From an uncultured Bdellovibrionales bacterium (GTDB taxonomy: Bacteria > Patescibacteriota > Minisyncoccia > Moranbacterales > UBA1568), in NCBI GenBank assembly GCA_964550545.1, contig CAZJZN010000001.1, forward strand, positions 1 to 37,462: a stretch of 37,462 nucleotides of DNA, read 5' to 3'. The notes under the pieces are model-generated. The model saw nothing but the letters and a program-made list of their open reading frames with translations, did no database searches and was not told the DNA's origin. The position numbers were made by a program, and so were the translations under genes. Shown piece after piece: positions 34,445 through 37,462 of the stretch (the first letter of the stretch is position 1; every line of letters begins with the position of its first letter).

Positions 34445-34522
34445 AATGTAGAACCCGACCCCGTTCCTCTGCCTTATTCTTCATTCCTCATTCTTTATTC
34501 ACTCTGCTCCCTCCTCCATTCT
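34445..34522. repeat. CATTC-rich intergenic repeat, copy 3
   Basis: It contains the 24-mer gccttattcttcattcctcattct (34471-34494) that is identical to copy 1, plus cattcttcattcctcattctccattc. It fills the gap between the convergent pcrA and xer genes. Confidence 0.7.
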
Positions 34523-35458
34523 TCATTCCTCATTCTCCATTCTTTTTCCCTTCCCATGAAATTTCTCATGAACCGCACGGAGACTTTCATCCGTCACGTG
34601 AGTATAGATTTGCGTCGTAGTGATAGAGGAATGCCCAAGAAGCGCCTGAACACTCCGGATATCGGCGCCATTTCGCAAGAGATCCGTCGCAAAGCTATGC
34701 CGGAGCGTGTGAGGATGCACCGCTTTCATTATGCCCGCTTTTTGCGCGAGGCGTGCCACAATACGCTCGACTGTCCGGACTGTAATCCGGAGATCCTCAT
34801 CCGACGACTTCCGTCCAAACCCCTTCATTGTTGAAATAAAAAGCGCGGAATCGATATCCCCTCTTGATGCAAGATATGCTTGGATAGCCAATCGTGCCCG
34901 ATCGGAGAGAAACACCATTCGCACCTTTCCCCCTTTTCCCCGCACACTGAATTCTCCCGTTTCGAGATTGACCGATTCACGATTGAGCGAGACGAGCTCC
35001 GAAACCCGCAATCCCGAAGAAAAGAACGTTTCAAGAAGCGCTCGGTTACGAAGCGCCGTCAAACCCTTTCCTTCCGCCGCCTCAAAGAGACGCTTCAACT
35101 CTTCCGGCTCCAAAAAATCCACGTGTCGTCCCGGAACCTTGGCCAATTCAATACGATCCGACACAAGAGAGGAAACTCCCTCCCGAACAAGGTACTTGAG
35201 GAAGCTCCGAAGAACGATAACGTGATGATTTTGTGTCGTTTTCTTAAGTTCGTCACCTCGGACAGTTTGTTTTCGATTCAAAAAAACACGATATTTACGA
35301 ACCACGTCAAGAGTAATATCCTTTGTGTCTGTTACTTTTCCCCATTCGAAAAAACTTCGAAGAACCCGGTCGTAACTCTCCGCCGTTTTGGGAGACCGAC
35401 CGCGCTCTATTTCAACATATTCGAGAAATTTCGTCAAAAAATATGCAACATCCGCCAT
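34523..35458 (-). CDS. Tyrosine recombinase, XerC/XerD family
   Basis: Start taken at MADVAYFL. It has an N-terminal SAM-like domain, then RHSFATDLLRNGADIRSVQALLGHSSITTTQIYTHV with the catalytic R, H-x-x-R and Y residues. Confidence 0.9.
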   Translation of the reverse strand: MADVAYFLTKFLEYVEIERGRSPKTAESYDRVLRSFFEWGKVTDTKDITLDVVRKYRVFLNRKQTVRGDELKKTTQNHHVIVLRSFLKYLVREGVSSLVSDRIELAKVPGRHVDFLEPEELKRLFEAAEGKGLTALRNRALLETFFSSGLRVSELVSLNRESVNLETGEFSVRGKGGKVRMVFLSDRARLAIQAYLASRGDIDSALFISTMKGFGRKSSDEDLRITVRTVERIVARLAQKAGIMKAVHPHTLRHSFATDLLRNGADIRSVQALLGHSSITTTQIYTHVTDESLRAVHEKFHGKGKRMENEE

Positions 35459-35566
35459 AGAAAAAAGACAAGAAATTTCCTTCGATTCCTCCAGAGTATA
35501 CCACACTTTCACCTTCAATAATTCCGCTCTCATAAAGGATATTTGACAAATTCACCCAAAAAATTA

Positions 35567-35595
35567 TTGACAAAGTTATCCGCCTTCTCTATACT
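35567..35595 (+). promoter_or_regulatory. Consensus-like sigma70 promoter upstream of the LysM-CHAP gene
   Basis: ttgaca (35567-35572), 17-nt spacer, tatact (35590-35595). This implies a 5' leader of about 140 nt. Confidence 0.55.
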
Positions 35596-35744
35596 CACCT
35601 TTGCGTAAAAATCTTAGGTTTCGCCTTCGATGATTCCCTTTTCCTCACGGAATCGAATCTAGGCGGCGAGACAATCGAAAGGGCGGTCGTATTTCACGTC
35701 GCACACTTGGGGGGGTATTTGCGTTTTTTCAAAACGCAACGCAG

Positions 35745-36884
35745 TTGGTCCGAAAATGGAACACGGCCGTTCACCGTCTCCAAAGAATCTGTGTTGTTTG
35801 GCTCAAACAACACAAAACCGTTCGAGCGCTCCATTGGTTCCGCCAGTACTCCGCGTTCTCTGTTGTTTTGAGTAGCGCCTTTTTGGTAACCGGAACCAAC
35901 ATCGCTTCCCGCGAAAACCCCGACGGACCCCTTTCTGGCTATTTTTATTCCGACAATAGCCGGGAATCACGAGTTTCTCTTGCCAGAACCACTGAAAAAC
36001 AAGAGAGTCTCTCCATGGTTCCTCTTGCCAAAGCATCAAACACCGTCGATACCGAAGCAAAACTCGAAGATCCCGCAACCATAGGGGCTTCCGGTATGAC
36101 CATGATCGCTTCCGCCGATCTCTCTCCGGTTATCCAAAAAGATCCCGAAGAAGAAGGCGGGGTTTCCATTTATACCGTTGAGGAGGGTGATACCATCAGC
36201 AAAATAGCCAAGAATCACGACATCACCGTCAATACCATCCTCTGGGCGAACGATCTCGACAATGTTGATGAAATCCGCCCGGGCGATCAAATATTCATTC
36301 TTCCGATCGCCGGACTCAAGCACATTGTTGCGGAAGGCGACACGATAGATGCCATCGCCAAAAAGTATCATGGCGACAAAGATCGCATTATCGCCTTCAA
36401 TGAGCTTCCTGCCGATGGTCGCCTTGAAGCTGGCGGGGAAATCATCATTCCCGACGGCTACAAAGAAGCCCCTCAAAAACCAACCGGCGTCTTTGATCGC
36501 CGGGAATACGCCACTTCTTCCGGCGGATCCGCAACCGATATTTCCGGCTGGCGCACCCCGGAAGGCAAAGCCGGAACCGGGCATCGCTTCCCCTACGGCT
36601 ACTGCACCTGGTACGTTGCCTCAAAACGATTCGTTCCCTGGGGTGGAAATGCCGGAACCTGGCTCTATAATGCTAAGGCTCTCGGGTACAAAACCGGAAA
36701 AAGCCCGCGTCCCGGCTCTATTGTTGTCACTACGGAAAATCGCTACTACGGTCACGTTGCGCTCGTTGAGAAAGTTGCCGGCGGAGAAATCACCGTGAGC
36801 GAAATGAATTATGTCGGCTGGGGAAAAACCAACCGCCGCACCCTCTCAACCGGAAGCCGAAGCATCAAAGGGTACATTTACTAA
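35745..36884 (+). CDS. Peptidoglycan hydrolase with two LysM domains and a C-terminal CHAP domain
   Basis: The LysM repeats are YTVEEGDTISKIAKNHDITVNTILWAN and HIVAEGDTIDAIAKKYHGD. The CHAP-like region is GYCTWYVASKR...YGHVALVEKV. The non-ATG start (TTG 35745) is uncertain. Confidence 0.8.
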   Translation: MVRKWNTAVHRLQRICVVWLKQHKTVRALHWFRQYSAFSVVLSSAFLVTGTNIASRENPDGPLSGYFYSDNSRESRVSLARTTEKQESLSMVPLAKASNTVDTEAKLEDPATIGASGMTMIASADLSPVIQKDPEEEGGVSIYTVEEGDTISKIAKNHDITVNTILWANDLDNVDEIRPGDQIFILPIAGLKHIVAEGDTIDAIAKKYHGDKDRIIAFNELPADGRLEAGGEIIIPDGYKEAPQKPTGVFDRREYATSSGGSATDISGWRTPEGKAGTGHRFPYGYCTWYVASKRFVPWGGNAGTWLYNAKALGYKTGKSPRPGSIVVTTENRYYGHVALVEKVAGGEITVSEMNYVGWGKTNRRTLSTGSRSIKGYIY

Positions 36885-36906
36885 AAACAGAGGGATTTCT
36901 TTCTCC

Positions 36907-36933
36907 AAAAAAACCGCCACCGGCGGTTTTTTT
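36907..36933 (+). terminator. Rho-independent terminator
   Basis: aaaaaaaccgcc-acc-ggcggttttttt. Confidence 0.8.
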
Positions 36934-37462
36934 GTACTCCTTCTTCAAGACTGCTTATTGGAAATTTCCCTTTCTTTTGTTTATATCCTGTGTATAAACG
37001 TGTCTTTTTTGCGAATACTTCCGGTATATCCCCGTGCATTTCTCTTTCTTTTTGTGGAAAAAAAGTCGAGTCAAACGATACTTCTCACTTCTTCACTCTC
37101 AACCGTTCTTCTGCACATTTTAAAAATTCTTAAGAATGGCGTCGAAAGCGCCTCCCTCTGAATTCTCCACCAATACACCGCACTAATAACAATAATAAAA
37201 TATATATAAAAGAAAGAATACTATCATTAAAAAGACAAGGGTACTCTTTTAAAAAACCTTATCCTGAAAAAACTTCTTGACGTATCTTTTTCGTGGTATA
37301 CTCTCAGGAGAAAAAAGTAGACAGAAAATTCTTTTCGTCTCGCTTGTGATTGTTCACGCTCAAACAAAAAGAACATTCCTTTCTTTGCTCACGCGTTTTT
37401 CGCAAAACCACCCCGTGGTGCTTTTTGTTGCACTTTTGGGGTGCTTTTTGTTGGTGCCGAGT

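Noticed and set aside
35596-35744. c-di-AMP (ydaO-type) riboswitch upstream of the LysM-CHAP gene
   Set aside because: The gene context is suggestive, but I did not find the conserved GGGGACCCA and CCGAA..CCG.CAGCUAA-type blocks.
37277-37302. Promoter ttgacg ... tatact near the right edge
   Set aside because: The spacer is only 14 nt, which is too short for a standard sigma70 promoter.

Overview
This 37.5-kb window looks bacterial, with tightly packed housekeeping genes and few Shine-Dalgarno sites, which suggests an uncultivated CPR/Patescibacteria-like lineage (inference only). Supported genes are rbfA, a DHH phosphoesterase, family-4 UDG, rplS, gyrA, rpsO, a NYN-domain protein, pnp, a GH125-like hydrolase, a DUF4143 AAA ATPase, yraN, a DksA/TraR protein, lspA, comM/yifB, a G5-RlpA protein, rsmA, a UbiA-fusion membrane protein, pcrA/uvrD, a Xer-type recombinase and a LysM-CHAP hydrolase, plus nine intact tRNAs. 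There is no rRNA, CRISPR array or cas gene. The main finding is at the left end: about 2.5 kb with no credible ORF carries at least 14 copies of the 16-bp chromosomal parS palindrome TGTTNCACGTGAAACA, which looks like a dedicated centromere array. Other findings: (1) a roughly 100-nt hairpin element with four compensatory stem changes sits upstream of both gyrA and pcrA. (2) A 2.2-kb AT-richer islet is flanked by a direct duplication of the comM 3' end and encodes a secreted Cys-rich protein plus two paralogous membrane proteins. (3) A 40-nt double-hairpin element is inserted at the same T-loop position of two tRNA 3' fragments. (4) A PD-(D/E)xK (DUF6602-like) nuclease gene lies beside the tRNA cluster. 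(5) An 865-nt ORF-free tract has a consensus promoter and stacked hairpins. (6) A CATTC/GAATG-rich intergenic repeat family occurs at three sites. All calls come from reading the sequence and the ORF track; no database search was run.
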